From Macrostomum lignano (lineage: Eukaryota), in the NCBI GenBank assembly GCA_002269645.1, contig NIVC01001772.1:168846-212342 (forward strand): DNA of 43,497 bases, given 5' to 3'. How positions within the stretch are numbered: position 1 is the stretch's first letter; the number at the start of each line of letters is the position of its first letter. Under the pieces are notes generated by a model. The model had not been told where the DNA came from. It ran no database searches and saw only the letters and a list, made by a program, of their open reading frames with translations. This document shows positions 1 to 43,497 of this stretch, piece after piece. The position numbers were made by a program, and so were the translations under genes.

Positions 1-245
1 TTTTGCTTTATTTTATTAAATATGAATCATGAAATTTGTTATTCTGCATAGATTCTCTTCACGTGAAGAAGAATGTTAAATTTGTCCAGGACACTTCCTA
101 ATTCATATTTAATAAAATAAAGCAAAAAAAAGCTTAAAATAAAGTAGTTTACTGGTAGTTTGTAAGGAATAAACAATTTTAATGCTTGTTCTACGATTCG
201 TACGACAGAAACTAAAGTGTCTGTAGAAGTGTCTGAATAAGTGTC

Positions 246-507
246 GGCGAATGTTTAATACGCCAGAAGCCAATCTACGCTCGTAATGAAATACATAATT
301 GATCTGAGTGGCATATTTGAATATTTGACTGAGTAGTGAGTATGACATACGGCTTCCATATCTAGCGGTAGGTCTCGGGCGAATGTTTAATACGCCAGAA
401 GCCAATCTACGCTCGTAATGAAATACATAATTGATCTGAGTGGCATATTTGAATATTTGACTGAGTAGTGAGTATGACATACGGCTTCCATATCTAGGGT
501 AGGTCTG
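246..507. repeat. Direct tandem duplication, 132-bp unit x2
   Basis: GGCGAATGTTTAATACGCC...CATATCTAG(C)GGTAGGTCT starts at 246 and again at 378, with a single-base indel. Confidence 0.9.
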
Positions 508-1717
508 AGTAGAAGTTTGCTAGATAAATTTGGTTCAAATGAAAAATTTGAAGACTAAACAGACTAAATGAAATAGGCTGAAACTTCTGTGGCCAAACTA
601 GTATTCTCTTCACAGATGAGATGGTATGCATATTGAATTAAATTTATGAACTTAAATTGAATGAATATCTGATTGCATAGACGTATTTTGACGCAAAAAG
701 ACCGTACATGTGCCTCCGAGAAGGCAGATTCTGGCTAAAAAATATCTTTATTTGGGGGGTCGGAGACCGGATTTGGGAAAGTTTATTAACAAAATAAAAT
801 AATTCCGATTAGAAAAAAAAGCAAGACAGATGTGAGTAATCTGAGAAATATTTTGGTAAATAGTGTAGATTAAAAAAGCAGAGAAATTTCTTTTAGAGAG
901 GGATAAACATAAATTACGTGAGCTGGTTGTTGAATTATTTTTTAAATCAGTTAATGGTGCAGTGAGCAATTATCGTGGGCATACAGAAATATTTTTATAT
1001 TTTAGCTTGACAGCAATAACGCAAGCAATCAAGTGAGGCACTGGTAACAGACCCGCATTTTCGGGTAAAAATGTAATTTTGCGTATGCATATAGCATATA
1101 AATAATACTAAATAACGTGTGCAGTACGGATCACGTACCACGAAATCATATTACATTCGAATTACGAGCATGTCATTCTAAAAGTACGCATGTAAATTTA
1201 AACGGAAACAGGCACAGTTTTTTTCTGATGAAGAATTTATAAAAAAATAGCTTCTTTTTGATCTGTAATTATTTTGCTGATCAACAGCAGTATGAACTTA
1301 TAGTAATATACGAATTACAAGTTCTGATTTGAGACATGCATTAGCAAGAAATCTTTCATTAACATGATAAATAAAATACGACCAGTTACATGCATACTAT
1401 AACAAATCAAATACAGTCTTTAATATTTAATTTATTCACATTAGCTTGACCAGTGGAAAACGATGGATACAAAAGGCAGAAAAATGAGTCTTCGCATGCA
1501 TCGCAATTTTTGTTCATCAATTCAAAAGATTCGTTCGCTGTGATTTTCATGGAATCTGCGACCTCTTTTAATCTGACGCTTTCATTATAATTAGAGAAGC
1601 ATTTTAACAAAATTTCTATAGAATCGGAAGAGACCAATCGGCAGGTGTAATTAGATTTTTTGTCCTAAGGTTTCATCAGCAGCGAACCAATCAATCAGCC
1701 AGTTGGCTTTACGCGCA

Positions 1718-41944
<40,227 letters not shown>

Positions 41945-42121
41945 CTGGTTGAGTTGGGTGAATATTTAGATTAAGATTAAGTGTTTCTAATGGTTGTCAC
42001 CGCTAGCATAGTACATGCATACACAGCTTGAATTGTAGCGTTAATTCTTATATTGTCCTTGCCTGTTACTTGAAACCAACTTTAACGGGAAAGGATGGAC
42101 TCAATGAGATGAAAAATCCTA

Positions 42122-42790
42122 CTGGTTTAAGGACCTCTGATTTAAAAACATTTCCTCTCTAGTTTAAGGACCTCTACTTTAAGGACCTCTACTTTAAGAA
42201 CCTCTGGTTTAAGGATCTCTGGTTTAAGAACCTTTGGTTTAAGGACTTCTGGTTTAAGGACTCTGGTTTAAGGACCTTCAATCCCTGGTTTAAAGACCTC
42301 TGGTTTAAAAACCTTTCCTCTCTAGTTTAAGGACCTCTGGTTTAAGGACCTTCAATCTCTGGTTTAAGGACCTCTGTTTAAGGACCTCTATTTTAAGGAC
42401 CTTTGGTCTAAGGACCTCTGGTTTAAGGACCTTCAATCCCTGGTTTAAGGAATTCTGGTTTAAGGACCTCTAGTTTAAGGACCTCTGGTTTAAAAACCTT
42501 TCCTCTCTAGTTTAAGGACCTCTAGTTTAAGGACCTCTAGTTTAAGGACTTTTGGTTTAAGGACCTCTGGTTTAAGGACCTTCAATCTCTGGTTTAAGGA
42601 CTTCTGGTCTAAGGACCTCTAGTTTAAGGACCTTTGGATTAAGGAACTCTGGTTTAATGACTCTGTTTAAGGACTCTAGTTTAAGAGCCTCTGGTTTAAG
42701 GACCTCTGGCTTAAGGAACTCTGGTTTAAGAACTCTGGTTTAAGGACCTCTAGTTTAAGGACCTCTGGTTTAAAGACCTCTGGTTTAACA
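42122..42790. repeat. Degenerate 15-bp minisatellite (TGGTTTAAGGACCTC)n
   Basis: Direct reading, with many indel and substitution variants. Confidence 0.93.
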
Positions 42791-43497
42791 ATCAAACAAC
42801 AAAAAATAAAACAGACCAATTGTCAACTCACAGATGCTATAAAACTCGCGATGAGGCAAGCCGTCAGCAACGTCAATCGAGCCATTTTTATTGCAAATTT
42901 TGCCTCGATGTGAGGGAATTTTCTGTGTTTATTTCTGTCTCAGTTCAATCAACAAGCAATAACATGGTATTTGTTGGGAAAGATTTCCATTCTAAAATGC
43001 TTCTATTGTCCAACGTTAACCTTGAGGAATGTTTATTAGCAAAATACCAAGCTTAAATATAGGTTGAGAAGATAGAGACCAGACTGGCTCCGAGTGAGTG
43101 GGTGTGAGCTTATGCAGAGCTGCAGTGTAGATGGGTGGGCCAGGCCTGACGGTAGCGAGCTGGGTGGGTCAAGTTGAGCAGGACAATAAAATAACCCGAG
43201 AAAAGTGAAGGGGCTGCGCTTCTATATAGCCAAACAAAAAGGCTTTTTAAAACGCGAGAAAAGAACCCTCGTTAGGGACTGCTTTCGACGAGAGTCTGTC
43301 TCGACTCTGCGCTCTTTTTAAAAATTTCCAAGCTAAATTCTTGCCATGCAGACGCGCTTGTTATTGGCTTGAGTCGGTTTTCTACTATGACACCGTCTCT
43401 CTCCTCTGCGAACTGCCGATGCTTGTACCAGAAATCGGAGAACTTGAAGCAGAGCCGATGATTGAGGATTGTTTCTAATAAATAATCAATTCAATTG

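Noticed and set aside
109-480. 123-aa ORF with HLFRHF resembling a tyrosine-recombinase motif
   Set aside because: The ORF is mostly the 132-bp duplication read twice, it is AT-rich, and no other catalytic residues are recognisable.
42122-42790. TTTAAGG-containing array as telomeric or interstitial telomeric repeat
   Set aside because: The unit is 15 bp (TGGTTTAAGGACCTC), not a TTAGGG or TTTAGGG run.

Overview
Eukaryotic (metazoan) genomic DNA with GT-AG introns, many only 65-95 nt long. Almost the whole window is one minus-strand gene. I can trace about 52 coding exons from ~41.9 kb down to a stop at 1718. They sum to ~18.1 kb of CDS (~6,000 aa) and encode a giant non-classical cadherin: a Cys-containing N-terminal repeat, about 50 cadherin (EC) repeats, a membrane-adjacent MAD/SEA-like domain, one TM helix, and a cytoplasmic tail with poly-Q ending in a PDZ-type motif (-NTAL). 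This layout resembles the CDH23/PCDH15/CDHR2 (tip-link and intermicrovillar link) group, not Fat or classical cadherins. No start codon or signal-peptide exon was found. The middle of the gene is a triplicated 9-exon, 10-EC module whose copies are a sharp-edged mosaic of near-identical and strongly diverged tracts. The copy at 23.4-28.3 kb carries a frameshift and a deletion-riddled exon, which may be assembly error. Introns hold an intact-ORF Tc1/mariner element (maT-like, DD39D spacing), two MITE-like inverted-repeat elements and about ten different tandem arrays, two of them in inverted orientation to each other. Most short ORFs in the track are antisense or repeat artefacts. I found no CRISPR array, rRNA, tRNA or prokaryotic system. 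Exon boundaries were read by eye and may be off by a few bases.
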